Source: Vicinamibacteria bacterium (GTDB taxonomy: Bacteria > Acidobacteriota > Vicinamibacteria > Marinacidobacterales > Marinacidobacteraceae). Taken from it: a stretch of DNA of 64,000 bases. A program made the translations under genes and the position numbers. Numbering within the stretch: position 1 is the first letter of the stretch; every line of letters starts with the position of its first letter. The stretch is from NCBI GenBank assembly GCA_963668695.2, contig CAXXLQ010000004.1, positions 3,296,001 through 3,360,000 on the forward strand, given 5' to 3'. The notes below the pieces were generated by a model. It worked only from the letters and a program-made list of their open reading frames with translations, did not search any database and was not told where the DNA came from. Shown one piece after another: positions 51,409 to 61,253 of this stretch.

Positions 51409-51413
51409 GGTGA

Positions 51414-51585
51414 GCAGCCCATAGACCGGATACGCCGGCATTCGAGCGACGATCCATCCCGGCTGAATCGCTCCGCTCGGCGTTGCGATCCGGTCGAAAT
51501 ACGCAGGGTATTCCTCCCAACTCGCGCCTGCTCAGCCGGGCGCCTCCCCGCTTTCGGTGCTCGGCCTGTTCGGTCCATGGACTGC
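51414..51585 (-). mobile_element. Highly diverged family A copy
   Basis: CGATCCATCCCGGCTGAA, CGGTCGAAATAC, GTATTCCTCCC, CAGCCGGGCGCC retained; ends GCAGCCCATAGACC/GGTCCATGGACTGC|TA. Confidence 0.7.
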
Positions 51586-51636
51586 TAGTCTATTCACGAC
51601 AACCGCCCGGAATCCGTTCCGGGCGTCGCTTAATTC

Positions 51637-53859
51637 ATGACCCGCAACTACCGACACCGACCCAGCAAGATCATCCCGCGTGAGCTGTCGCAGGTCGCTT
51701 TCAACGGCCGGGTCCTTCAGGAGGCGCGGGACGAGACCGTCCCGTTGCTCGAGCGGCTTCGTTTCCTGGGTATCTTCTCGAGCAATCAGGACGAGTACTA
51801 CCGGGTGCGGGTAGCCGCGCTGCAACGCATCCAGAAAATCGGCTCGAATCGAAAAGGGTCTCTCGACTGGGACCCTTCCGTCCTGCTGGCCGACATCCAG
51901 CGCCAGATCCTCCGCGACCAGTCCATATTTCTCAAGACCTACGATGCGCTGGTTCGCGAACTGGAGGGGCGCGGCATTCGCATCATTACCGAAGCCGACC
52001 TGAACCCCGAACAGGGCGAGTATGTCCAGGATTACTTCGTCCGCGAGGTCCGCCCGCACCTGACCCCGATCATGCTGGGACGAAGCGGGGAGATTTTCAA
52101 TCTCGACGAACGGGACATCTACCTGGGCGTCCGGGTGCTGCGCGCGGGCCGGCGACGGCCCATGTACGCCATCGTGGACATCCCCACCCGGGCCGCGGGG
52201 CGTTTCGTTCGGGTGCCTTCGGCGCCGGGCCGGACCGATGTCATCCTCCTCGAAGACGTGATCCGGTATCGCCTTCCGCAGATCTTCTCGATCTTCCAGG
52301 TAGAGGCGGCGGAGGGCTACGTCGTCAAGATCACCCGCGATTCAGGCCTCGATCTCGGAGGCAGCCCGAAGGACAGCTACCTGCGCCGGGTGGAGAAAAG
52401 CGTGAAGCGGCGACTCACCGCCTCGCTCGTGCGTTTCGTCTTCGACGAGACCATGCCGAGCGACCTGCTGGAGGCGCTTTGCCGGAGCCTCGAGATCGAA
52501 GACCGGAGCGTGCTCGTCCCGGGTGGGCGGCACCACAACTTCAAGGACTTCATCCGCTTTCCCCGGTTGAAGAGCGGGCTTGTCTACGAACCCTGGCCTA
52601 CCCTCGGACTCCCCGCCATCGATCGCGAACGCTCCATCATGCGGGGCATGCGGCACCGCGACATCCTGATCCACACCCCCTATCAGCGCTTCTCCTATCT
52701 GATCGACCTGCTCCGGGAGGCGGCGATCAACCCCAAGGTCACGCGCATCGCGGTCACCATGTACCGGGTCGCCAACAACTCCGGAGTGGTGAACGCCCTC
52801 GTCAACGCCGCGCGCAACGGGAAGAAGGTCACGGCCGTGGTGGAACTTACGGCGCGCTTCGACGAGACCTCGAACATCGAGTTCACGGACGTGCTCGCTC
52901 GGGAAGGCGTCCGAGTGGTCTTCGGCCCCGAGGGCCTCAAGATCCACGCCAAGATGGGACTGATCGAACGCCGGGAGCGCGGCAAACCGGCCCTCTACGG
53001 ATTCATCGGCACCGGAAACCTGAACGAGGACACCGCGACCCTCTACGCCGACCACTTCCTCCTGACCACGCACGAGGGGATCTGCCGGGATCTGGGCCGG
53101 CTCTTCCGGGTCATTCGCCGGCCTTACGAGGCCCGCGAAATGGATCATCTGCTCGTTTCTCCCTGGACTCTGCGGACAACGGTGGACCATCTCATCCACG
53201 CGGAGATCGAACGCGCACGCAGAGGAGAGCCGGCGTCCATCGAAGCGAAGCTGAACCACCTGACCCACCCGGAGGTCATTGCCCTGCTGGAGGATGCCGC
53301 CGAGGCTGGCGTCAAGATCCGGCTGATCGTGCGGGGAACCTTCTCGGTCCCCACCGAGAACATCCCGGCAACGGCAGATTTCAAGGCGATCTCCATTCTG
53401 GGCCGCTACCTGGAGCACTCGCGCATCCTCGTCTTTGGAAACGGTGGCGATCCGCTCTACTACTGCACCTCCGCCGACTGGATGCCGCGCAACTTCGATC
53501 GACGAATCGAGGCCGCTTTCCCGATCTATGACTCGCGTATCAAGGCCCAGTTACGCCGCTACCTCGATCTGCAGTGGGCTGACAACTGCAAGGCCAGAAA
53601 CCACGACTCGGCGGGCCGGAACAAGCGGGTTCCGTCGGGAACGCCGAGGCGGGCCGCTCAGGAGTCCATCTATCGGTGGCTGGCGGATCAGCCCGGCGGC
53701 GAAACCGCGCAACTCCCGCGCGAAGCGGCCAGCGAACCCTCTTCTTTCTCGACGGAGGAACGCCCCACCCGGGAGCGCGAAGCCGCTCAGGCGGAGGCGC
53801 CGGGGGCGCTGCTGACCAGCAGTGCGGCCAGCGCTTCGCCGGCGTCGAGCCGAGCGTAG
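51637..53859 (+). CDS. ppk1: Polyphosphate kinase 1
   Basis: RELS...FNGRVLQEA, PLLERLRFLGIFSSNQDE, ELTARFDE, KIHAK, GRYLEHSR, SADWMPRNFDRR. Confidence 0.95.
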   Translation: MTRNYRHRPSKIIPRELSQVAFNGRVLQEARDETVPLLERLRFLGIFSSNQDEYYRVRVAALQRIQKIGSNRKGSLDWDPSVLLADIQRQILRDQSIFLKTYDALVRELEGRGIRIITEADLNPEQGEYVQDYFVREVRPHLTPIMLGRSGEIFNLDERDIYLGVRVLRAGRRRPMYAIVDIPTRAAGRFVRVPSAPGRTDVILLEDVIRYRLPQIFSIFQVEAAEGYVVKITRDSGLDLGGSPKDSYLRRVEKSVKRRLTASLVRFVFDETMPSDLLEALCRSLEIEDRSVLVPGGRHHNFKDFIRFPRLKSGLVYEPWPTLGLPAIDRERSIMRGMRHRDILIHTPYQRFSYLIDLLREAAINPKVTRIAVTMYRVANNSGVVNALVNAARNGKKVTAVVELTARFDETSNIEFTDVLAREGVRVVFGPEGLKIHAKMGLIERRERGKPALYGFIGTGNLNEDTATLYADHFLLTTHEGICRDLGRLFRVIRRPYEAREMDHLLVSPWTLRTTVDHLIHAEIERARRGEPASIEAKLNHLTHPEVIALLEDAAEAGVKIRLIVRGTFSVPTENIPATADFKAISILGRYLEHSRILVFGNGGDPLYYCTSADWMPRNFDRRIEAAFPIYDSRIKAQLRRYLDLQWADNCKARNHDSAGRNKRVPSGTPRRAAQESIYRWLADQPGGETAQLPREAASEPSSFSTEERPTREREAAQAEAPGALLTSSAASASPASSRA

Positions 53860-54833
53860 GCCTTTCCCGCTTCCGCCAGCGGGATCCGGTGGGTCACCAG
53901 CGTCTCGAGAGCGACGCTTTCGAGCAACGTCCAGGTGAGCTGGCGCCGGCGCGCGACGGTCCAGGACGGCCCCAGCGCGGGCAGGTGACTCACCTGGCTC
54001 GACACCACCCGGATTCGTCCGCGGTGGAACCAACCGCCGAGATCGAGCGCCGTCGGAGCGCCGGCCAACCACGAACCCGCGATCACCCGTCCCTCCCGGG
54101 CCGCGAGCCGGATCGCCAGATCCAAGGCCGACCGGCTCCCCGACACTTCCAGGATGAGCTCGGCTCCCCCCTGAAACGTGCCACGCACCCTCTCTTCAGC
54201 CTCTTCCGGCGCGACCGCATCGTGTGCCCCGAACTCGAGCGACAGGCGCTGCCGTTCCGGCCTGGGTTCGACAGCAATCAGCCCTCCGAGCGGATAGCGG
54301 GCGAGGAGCGCGGTGAGCGCCAGACCGAGCATCCCCTGACCCACCACAACCACCCGTTCCCCGATCCGGGGCGCGCCGTCAAGAAGCACATTCACCGCGG
54401 TCTCAAGATACGGGAAGAGAGCGGCACGGTCGTCGGAGACGGTGTCCGGAACCCGGAGCAGTTCCTCTGCCGGAGCGCAAAAGGCGCTCTGGTGGGGCAC
54501 GAAAGCGAAGACGCGGGCCCCGATCCCCGGCGCGCCTTCCGGCGGTTCGGCTCCCAGGGCTTCCACCCGACCCACCGAGGCGTAGCCATAGGGAAACGGA
54601 AAGGTGAACGATCCCTCGCGGTGCGCGCCCAGAGTTTCGTCCCGCGCCAGGCGGGGATCGAGCTGTCCGCGGTAAGCAGCCAATTCGGACCCGGTGCTGA
54701 TCGCCGAGACGCGGGTCCGTACCAGCGCCTCGCCGGCCGCGGGCCCGGAAACCGCTTCCCTCCGCACGTTCACCCGACGTGGCCCTTCGAACCACACGGA
54801 TAGCCGTTCTCCGGCAGCTTTCGACCCGGTCAC
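53787..54833 (-). CDS. Zinc-binding alcohol dehydrogenase-like (MDR) protein
   Basis: SAISTGSE, PYGYASVG, PHQS, ETAVN, GQGMLG, SSQV. Confidence 0.85.
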   Translation of the reverse strand: MTGSKAAGERLSVWFEGPRRVNVRREAVSGPAAGEALVRTRVSAISTGSELAAYRGQLDPRLARDETLGAHREGSFTFPFPYGYASVGRVEALGAEPPEGAPGIGARVFAFVPHQSAFCAPAEELLRVPDTVSDDRAALFPYLETAVNVLLDGAPRIGERVVVVGQGMLGLALTALLARYPLGGLIAVEPRPERQRLSLEFGAHDAVAPEEAEERVRGTFQGGAELILEVSGSRSALDLAIRLAAREGRVIAGSWLAGAPTALDLGGWFHRGRIRVVSSQVSHLPALGPSWTVARRRQLTWTLLESVALETLVTHRIPLAEAGKAYARLDAGEALAALLVSSAPGASA

Positions 54834-54837
54834 GGAG

Positions 54838-55575
54838 TTAACGATCGGTGGGACGGGAGCGTCCGGAAGCGCCGAACCGTGGACGTCCGGCGAACACCAG
54901 GTCGTCATCGAGACGCGCCCACGCGAGGCCCGAGAGATCCGCCGGCACCGGAACCCGGGCGAGGGCCGGCTCGCCGCCGACGAGCCGCGGTGCGACGGTA
55001 ATCACGACCCAGTCTGCAAGTCGCTCCGCGAACATCGAAGTCAGTACGCGGCCTCCGCCCTCCACCAGCAACCGCCGGACACCGCGCCGGTGCAGGGCGC
55101 GCATCACGGAACGAAGCGGTACCCGTCCTCCCGACTGCCGAAACCTGAGCACGGTCACGCCGTGCTCACGGAGCCGGGCGGCCTGCTCCGGCGGCGCCTC
55201 AAAGCTCGTCGCAACGAGCGGTGGGGGGGCCGTCCCGGATGTCCGGCGCTCCCGGAGCAGCCGGGCAGTGAGCGGGAGGCGAAGCCGGCCATCGAGGATC
55301 ACCGGTATGGGGTTCTCCCCCGCTGCGAGCCTTACATTGAGCCGCGGATCATCAGCCAGAACCGTGCCGATGCCCACGAGAATCGCGTCATGCCCGGCGC
55401 GCAACCGGTGCGTGAGTTCGAGCGACCGCGACCCGCTCAATCTGAGTGGCTCACCCGGCCGCGCGGCGATGGAACCGTCGAGGCTCTGGGCGTAGCTGAC
55501 CGTAACCCGGGGCCGGCGCCGCACCGACGCCGCGTCGGACGAGGTCAACTGGGCAACCAGACCTTCGAGGCCCAC
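54838..55575 (-). CDS. RibD C-terminal domain reductase (start uncertain)
   Basis: YAQSLDGSIA, HDAILVGIGTVLADDPRL, LLVEGG, APRLVGG. Confidence 0.85.
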   Translation of the reverse strand: MGLEGLVAQLTSSDAASVRRRPRVTVSYAQSLDGSIAARPGEPLRLSGSRSLELTHRLRAGHDAILVGIGTVLADDPRLNVRLAAGENPIPVILDGRLRLPLTARLLRERRTSGTAPPPLVATSFEAPPEQAARLREHGVTVLRFRQSGGRVPLRSVMRALHRRGVRRLLVEGGGRVLTSMFAERLADWVVITVAPRLVGGEPALARVPVPADLSGLAWARLDDDLVFAGRPRFGASGRSRPTDR

Positions 55576-55602
55576 CGCGAGCGGTCCCGCGTAGCCGGCG
55601 TA

Positions 55603-55855
55603 ACAGTCTGTAGTGGAACCCGCGTGAGCGCCGAGGCCGGGGAGGCCCAGTTCTCCCGGTGGGGCCAGTCCTCCCGGTGGGGGCCCGGCTGACAAGGCGC
55701 GTGAGGGAGGAGCCCCCACCGGGAGAACTGGCCCGGGCGTATTTCGACCGAAGCGCAACGATGAGCGGCGCGAAGCGACGCGGTTCAGCCGGGATGGATC
55801 GCCGGCTGAGCCCCCACCGGGAGAACTGGGCCGCGTGGGTTTCACCACAGACTGT
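55603..55855 (+). mobile_element. Family A MITE-like element with four modules
   Basis: TA|ACAGTCTGTAGTGGAACCC...GGGTTTCACCACAGACTGT. Confidence 0.9.
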
Positions 55856-55861
55856 TCAACG

Positions 55862-58201
55862 TCACGAAGCGCCGCGGGCCGCCGTGACCTCCGCCGGTCC
55901 TGCGGGGGCGCTCCGAAATCCCACGTCATCCAGCAGGACGCTGCCGGCGACCTCCGCGTCAAACCGGAACCGCACCCCAATCACCGGGGGAGGCGGCGGG
56001 GCAACGGACGCGGCGCCCGGCGTGCCGTCCGGCGTGCCGTCCGGAGCAGGCGGTGGCTCCGGCGCCGCCGGCAACAGGTCGGCGCCCTTGATGGCTACCG
56101 TCTGAGGAATCTCTTCGACGATGCGGCGATAGCGCTCGCGATTCATCCGGCGGGACTTCAGGAACTGCACCTCGAACGGAGGCTCCGGAGAGAGGGCGTC
56201 CACGATTCCGATGGCCGGCCCCTCCACCCCTTCCGGAAAGAGCAGTTGCACCGTCATCGCGATCGGCGGAGCGGCGGGCGGAGGATCCGATGCCTCCTCG
56301 GGGGGAGCAGGATTCCAGACCACGGACAACACGAAATCGTCCTCTCCGGTTACCGCGATTGGTTCGGCAAGGCGGATCTCATAGGCGACCTCCTCGCCGC
56401 CATCCTCGCCCGCGGAGATCTCGAGCCGCACAGCCGACGTGGCCTGTTTGGATCCATCCCGGAACAGGACTTCCTCCTCACTCCAACCGGAAAACCCGCG
56501 GGCCTCGATCGTCGCGCCCTCGGCGGTGGCGGTTCCCAGATGGAGATCCTCCTCAAAGCCGGCGACGATGCGGGTGCGGGAGTCCGCATACTGGCTCTGG
56601 TAGCGGGTCTCGGGAAGAAACGCGGCGCCGGCGCGGTAGTCCCGCAACAACCGGACGAACCGCTCCTCTCCGAGCAGCGTGGCACGCAGGAACGCGGAGA
56701 CATACACCTCGGCGACCCGCTGCTGATCGGCCGGGGCAAGGAGCGGTGCGCTGTTCAGCCAGAACATTCCCCAAAGGCCCGAGTCCATACCCCACGTGGT
56801 GTTGAACTGCCCGTGGTTGCCGCGGTGCGCCACCAGCCCCGCCTTGAGGCGGAACCCGAGGGGCCCCCCGGGACGCTCGGCGGCTCCGTCCAGTCTCGTC
56901 CGGTGGAATTGGCGGAGTCCGTGAAAGCTCGGCTCATCGGTGTCATATGAACCCTGGAGCGCCAGGAAGTTGATGTCCTCAAGCACGATCCGCCGCGAAT
57001 AGCGGTGGTCGATCTGCGCAATCGCGACCACGGACTGGATCCCGAATCCATAGTCGAACAGGTAGTCCGCGTTATCCGGGAAGTACGGGAGATCGTTGAA
57101 CGCTGCCGCGATGGCGGCGGCTTCGCCGCCCCGCGAATGCCCGAGCAACGCGACCCGATCCAGATCGAGGCGGTTGTAGAGGGGGGAGCGCGGGTCCCGG
57201 TTCCAGGTTCGGAAGAGCCTGAGGTGCTCCAGCAGCAGTATCCCGCGGGCCGGCATCTCGCGTCCGCCGAAATCACCGGACCAGGTTCCGTTCAGGAAAT
57301 TTGCGTCGACGGAAACCGCCGCGATGCCATGGCTCGCCAGCAGGCTTCCCAAATAGTCGTAGCCGGCGTCGGAAAAGTCGTCCATCCGGTGATTTCCGTG
57401 AACGATCAGCGCCACCGGGCGCCGATCTCCGGGCTCCGTATCGGGCAAGTGGAGGCGTCCGTTCCGGGGAGCATCCTCCAGGCCGAAGCCCCACCACCAC
57501 TCGCGGTGGACCGCGCGAAACCCGCGCCATTCGGGCAGAACTTGACTGAGGTCCACGGAAGGCGCCCGGATGTTCACGTCGTCGCCGTATTCGGGTCTTC
57601 GCGAGTCGCGTCCGCTGCCGTACGTCAGGAGGCGGACCGGGTAGCGACCGCGAGCCGCGGGATCTTCCGCCAGCAGTGCGGGCGGATCCGGCTGGGGCTG
57701 CGGTCGCCGCACATAGGGATCCTGCCCGGGCGCGAAGAACCACGTCCCCCCCGCGACAATGACTGCGATCCCCGCTCCGGCAAGAACCAGACCGCCCCAC
57801 CGATACGCCGGCCGGTGCGGGCGGAACACCATCGCGAGACCGCACCCAACGAGAAACGGTCCGCCGAAGACGACCACCAGAAGTCCCGCCAGAAGCGCAT
57901 CCGGCCAACGGAACATCGTGCTCCGGAGCAACCACAGGCTCGCTCCCGCCGCCAGGAGCAGCAAGAAGGCATCGGTGGAAAGCCACCATACGAAACGCTC
58001 GGCGATCCGGCTCAGCGCGACGAAGACCACCAAAGACACCACCCCCGCCACGAGTCCGGCGAGCGCCGCCAGCAGCCAGCCGGGAATGGCCCCGAACGAA
58101 ACCGCCGCCAGAGCGTGGAGGACGACCACGCCGAGGGCGCTCGAGGCCGCGCCGGCCAACAGATAGCGCCGGACTATCGGGGAGTGGTCTCGGCTCCGCA
58201 T
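55862..58201 (-). CDS. Membrane-anchored alpha/beta hydrolase
   Basis: Several N-terminal TMs; VHGNH, GYDYLG, GHSRGG nucleophile elbow, GNHGQFN. Confidence 0.8.
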   Translation of the reverse strand: MRSRDHSPIVRRYLLAGAASSALGVVVLHALAAVSFGAIPGWLLAALAGLVAGVVSLVVFVALSRIAERFVWWLSTDAFLLLLAAGASLWLLRSTMFRWPDALLAGLLVVVFGGPFLVGCGLAMVFRPHRPAYRWGGLVLAGAGIAVIVAGGTWFFAPGQDPYVRRPQPQPDPPALLAEDPAARGRYPVRLLTYGSGRDSRRPEYGDDVNIRAPSVDLSQVLPEWRGFRAVHREWWWGFGLEDAPRNGRLHLPDTEPGDRRPVALIVHGNHRMDDFSDAGYDYLGSLLASHGIAAVSVDANFLNGTWSGDFGGREMPARGILLLEHLRLFRTWNRDPRSPLYNRLDLDRVALLGHSRGGEAAAIAAAFNDLPYFPDNADYLFDYGFGIQSVVAIAQIDHRYSRRIVLEDINFLALQGSYDTDEPSFHGLRQFHRTRLDGAAERPGGPLGFRLKAGLVAHRGNHGQFNTTWGMDSGLWGMFWLNSAPLLAPADQQRVAEVYVSAFLRATLLGEERFVRLLRDYRAGAAFLPETRYQSQYADSRTRIVAGFEEDLHLGTATAEGATIEARGFSGWSEEEVLFRDGSKQATSAVRLEISAGEDGGEEVAYEIRLAEPIAVTGEDDFVLSVVWNPAPPEEASDPPPAAPPIAMTVQLLFPEGVEGPAIGIVDALSPEPPFEVQFLKSRRMNRERYRRIVEEIPQTVAIKGADLLPAAPEPPPAPDGTPDGTPGAASVAPPPPPVIGVRFRFDAEVAGSVLLDDVGFRSAPAGPAEVTAARGAS

Positions 58202-58239
58202 GCTGCTCAAGAGGCTCCTTCGGGCGCCTTGGGTGTCCA

Positions 58240-58456
58240 GCAGCCTGTGGACAAAGTCACGCGGCCCAGTTCTCCCGGTGGGGGCTCGACCGGCGATGCA
58301 TCCCGGCTGAACCGCGCCACTTCGTGGCGCTCTGCGTTGCGCTTCGGTCGAAATACGCTCGGGCCAGTTCTCCCGGTGGGGGCTCCTCCCCCGCGCGCCT
58401 TGTCAGCCACGCGCCTCGCCGCTCTCGGCGCTCACGCCACTTTATCCACAGGCTGC
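58240..58456 (-). mobile_element. Family A MITE, DnaA-box ends
   Basis: GCAGCCTGTGGACAAAGT...ACTTTATCCACAGGCTGC|TA at the cupin stop codon. Confidence 0.9.
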
Positions 58457-58839
58457 TAGTCGTCTCCCCCGCGCAGGTAAGCGTCGGTTCCGTCCAGCCA
58501 GTCCTGTCTGGGCGGGGTGAATATGTCGACGTCGAGGGTGTCTTCAAGCGCGATCGCCTTGTGGGGCACCCAGGAGGGAAGCACCAGAACCTCCCCCGCT
58601 CCCACGTCGATCGGTTCCGAATCCTCGTCCTCGATCCAGAAGCGGAGCACCCCGCTGATCACGTAGGTGATCTGTTCATTCTCGTGCGAGTGCATCGGTA
58701 CCACCGCACCCTTGTCCAGATAGACGTGGGTGAGCATGGCGCGTTCCCCGGTGATGATCCGGCGGGTAAGCCGGTCGTTCAGGCGCTCCTTGTCCATGGA
58801 TTCCCAACGGATGTGACGAACTTGATCTCTGGCTGTCAC
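58456..58839 (-). CDS. Cupin domain protein
   Basis: PMHSHENEQITYV, PSWVPH, DIFTPPRQDW. Confidence 0.9.
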   Translation of the reverse strand: MTARDQVRHIRWESMDKERLNDRLTRRIITGERAMLTHVYLDKGAVVPMHSHENEQITYVISGVLRFWIEDEDSEPIDVGAGEVLVLPSWVPHKAIALEDTLDVDIFTPPRQDWLDGTDAYLRGGDD

Positions 58840-58939
58840 GCGGCGTCCCCTTCCCGCCCCACCTTGGACGGACTCCGATGATACCCGGGCCGAAGCACCG
58901 AAGACTGCTAACAGTCGGTGCCGAAACTCTGGCGCGATC

Positions 58940-59853
58940 CATTCGCGGCGCCGAGCGCCGCGGGGGAGGGGCGTGGGGAGGGATTCCCCTCCCCACGAAA
59001 GACGATGGCGCGGATCGCGAAGCGATGCGCGCCATCACCCCGTGGGGTTAACAGCCTGTGGTGAAACCCACGCGGCGTTCGAGCGGCGATCCATCCCGCC
59101 CAAACAACCGGTAGTGAAACCCACGCGGCGTTCGGCCGGCGATCCATCCCGGCTGAACCGCGTCGCTACGCGCCGCTCATCGTTGCGTTTCGGTCGGAAT
59201 ACACCCGGGCCAGTTCTCCCGGTGGGGGCTCCTCCCTCACGCGCCTTGTCAGCCGGGCGCCTCGCCCCCACCGGGAGAACTGGCCAGCCTCGGCGCTCAC
59301 CCGGGTTCCACCAAAGGCTGTTAGCGCCCCGCATCCGAAGAATGCAGGGAGCAGGTGTGCTTTTTCGCCGGGTGGCGCGATGCCGGGTGCTTGCCCCTCG
59401 GGGAGATTCCCTCCCGGCGCGGACTCAATGCAGAGATCCGGCGGCGCGGAGCGCCGCCGGGGAGGGGTGTGGGGAGGGGTTTCCCCTCCCCACGTAAGAC
59501 GATGGCGCGGATCGCGAAGCGATGCGCGCCATCACCCCGTGGGCTGTTAGCGCCCCGCATCCGAAGAATGCAGGGAGCAGGTGTGCTTTTTCGCCGGGTG
59601 GCGCGATGCCGGGTGCTTGCCCCTCGGGGAGATTCCCTCCCGGCGCGGACTCAATGCAGAGATCTGGCGGCGCGGAGCGCCGCCGGGGAGGGGCGTGGGG
59701 AGGGATTCCCCTCCCCACGGGAAAGGGTGGGGAGAATCGCGAAGCGATTCTCGACGCCGCCCCGAGGGGTTAGCGCCCCGCATGCGAAGAATGCAGGGAG
59801 CAGATGTGCTTTTTCGCCGGGTGGCGCGATGCGGGGTGCTTGCCCCACGGGAG
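58940..59853. repeat. Family C ~225-bp tandem repeat (half unit, two full units at 59322 and 59548, partial at 59771)
   Basis: Units start TAGCGCCCCGCAT; internal hairpins GTGGGGAGGG-x-CCCTCCCCAC and GATGGCGCG...CGCGCCATC. Confidence 0.9.
59051..59321 (-). mobile_element. Family A MITE inserted at the TA of a family C junction
   Basis: GGGGT|TA|ACAGCC...GGCTGT|TA|GCGCCCC; empty junction seen at 59766-59779. Confidence 0.9.
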
Positions 59854-59854
59854 G

Positions 59855-60226
59855 TCAGTTCCAGTAACCCACCTGGAGCCCCAGAACGATTCCCGTACCC
59901 CCGACGACCAGCGGGAACAGGGCGAATCCGAGGAGGGTCCGCAATCCGAGGCTCAGGGATCCTGGGACGAACACGGCCGCCCCTTGGACGAGAAACGTTG
60001 CGTAGAGCGCGCCGTAGGCGACGTCCGGCTGCGCGCAGAAGGGGCAATCGGGCGGACCCGCCGTCTGGATGTTGCAAAACGCAGCGCCGCCGTTCCATAG
60101 CGAGACGCAGCCGCAGTCGAAGATCAGGTGGCAGACATTCAGGAAGAACGTCGCGGCGAACGCCACCATTGCCGCGAGCACGAGAAGGCGGCCCATGAGC
60201 CTGCGGGAATCGATTCGTTTGCCCAT
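59855..60226 (-). CDS. Small Cys-containing membrane protein
   Basis: Three hydrophobic segments; CHLIFDCGC...CNI...CPFC. Confidence 0.65.
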   Translation of the reverse strand: MGKRIDSRRLMGRLLVLAAMVAFAATFFLNVCHLIFDCGCVSLWNGGAAFCNIQTAGPPDCPFCAQPDVAYGALYATFLVQGAAVFVPGSLSLGLRTLLGFALFPLVVGGTGIVLGLQVGYWN

Positions 60227-60380
60227 GCGCCGCCCCCCCTGCGATCTATCGTGCGTGACCGGAGTCTAAAGGGGGAACCGGGTCCCCTGCGGCCCCCGGA
60301 CCCTGGCAGAGGGGAATGGTCCCGGGAATGGTCGCCGCCGCCGTGCCTTCGCGTATCGCTGTTCCCTTCCCGCCCCCCGA

Positions 60381-61238
60381 GCAGCCTGTGAACAAAGTGG
60401 CGCGGCGTTCCGGCGGCGATGCATCCCGGCCAAACAGCCGGTGGTGGAACCCAAGCGGCGTTCGGCCGGCGATCCATCCCGGCTGAACCGCCAGTAATGA
60501 AACCCGCGCGGCGTTCGGCCGGCGATCCATCCCGGCTGAACCGCCAGTAATGAAACCCGCGCGGCCCAGTTCTCCCGGTGGGGGCTCGGCCGGCGATCCA
60601 TCCCGGCTGAACCGCGTCGCTGCGCGCCGCTCATCGTTGCGTTTCGGTCGCAACACACCCGGGCCAGTTCTCCCGGTGGGGGCTCCTCCTTCACGCGCCT
60701 TGTCAGCCGGGCGCCTCGCCCCCACCGGGAGAACTGGCCAGCCTCGGCGCTCACCCGGGGTCCACCACCGGCTGTTCACCGCGTCGCTTCGCGCCGCTCA
60801 TCGTTGCGTTTCGGTCGCAACACACCCGGGCCAGTTCTCCCGGTGGGGGCTCCTCCCTCACGCGCCTTGTCAGCCGGGCGCCTCGCCCCCACCGGGAGAA
60901 CTGGCCGGCCTCGGCGCTCACCCGGGTCCACCACCGGCTGTTCACCGCGTCGCTTCGCGCCGCTCATCGTTGCGCTTCGGTCGCAATACACCCGGGCCAG
61001 TTCTCCCGGTGGGGGCTCCTCCCTCACGCGCCTTGTCAGCCGGACGCCTCGCCCCCACCGGGAGAACCGGCCGGCCTCGGCGCTCACCCGGGTTCCACCA
61101 CCGGCCGTTCACCGCGCCGTTTCACGTCGCTCATCGTTGCGCTTCGGTCGAAATACACTTGGTACGCCTCCCTCGCGCGCCTTGTCAGCCGGGCGCCTCA
61201 CCGCTGTCGGCGCTCACACCACCTTGTCCGCAGGCTAC
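60381..61238 (-). mobile_element. Large family A tandem array (about 4 core units plus repeated end segments)
   Basis: GCAGCCTGTGAACAAAGT...TTGTCCGCAGGCTAC|TA; ~167-bp periodicity. Confidence 0.9.
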
Positions 61239-61253
61239 TAGAATGCCTCGAAC

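Noticed and set aside
53787-53859. 73-bp convergent overlap of ppk1 and the dehydrogenase gene
   Set aside because: Low-complexity tail read-through is common in GC-rich genomes.
60381-61238. CRISPR array suggested by the recurring 18-20-nt motif
   Set aside because: Intervening sequences are themselves repeated rather than unique spacers, motif orientation alternates, and no cas genes are present.
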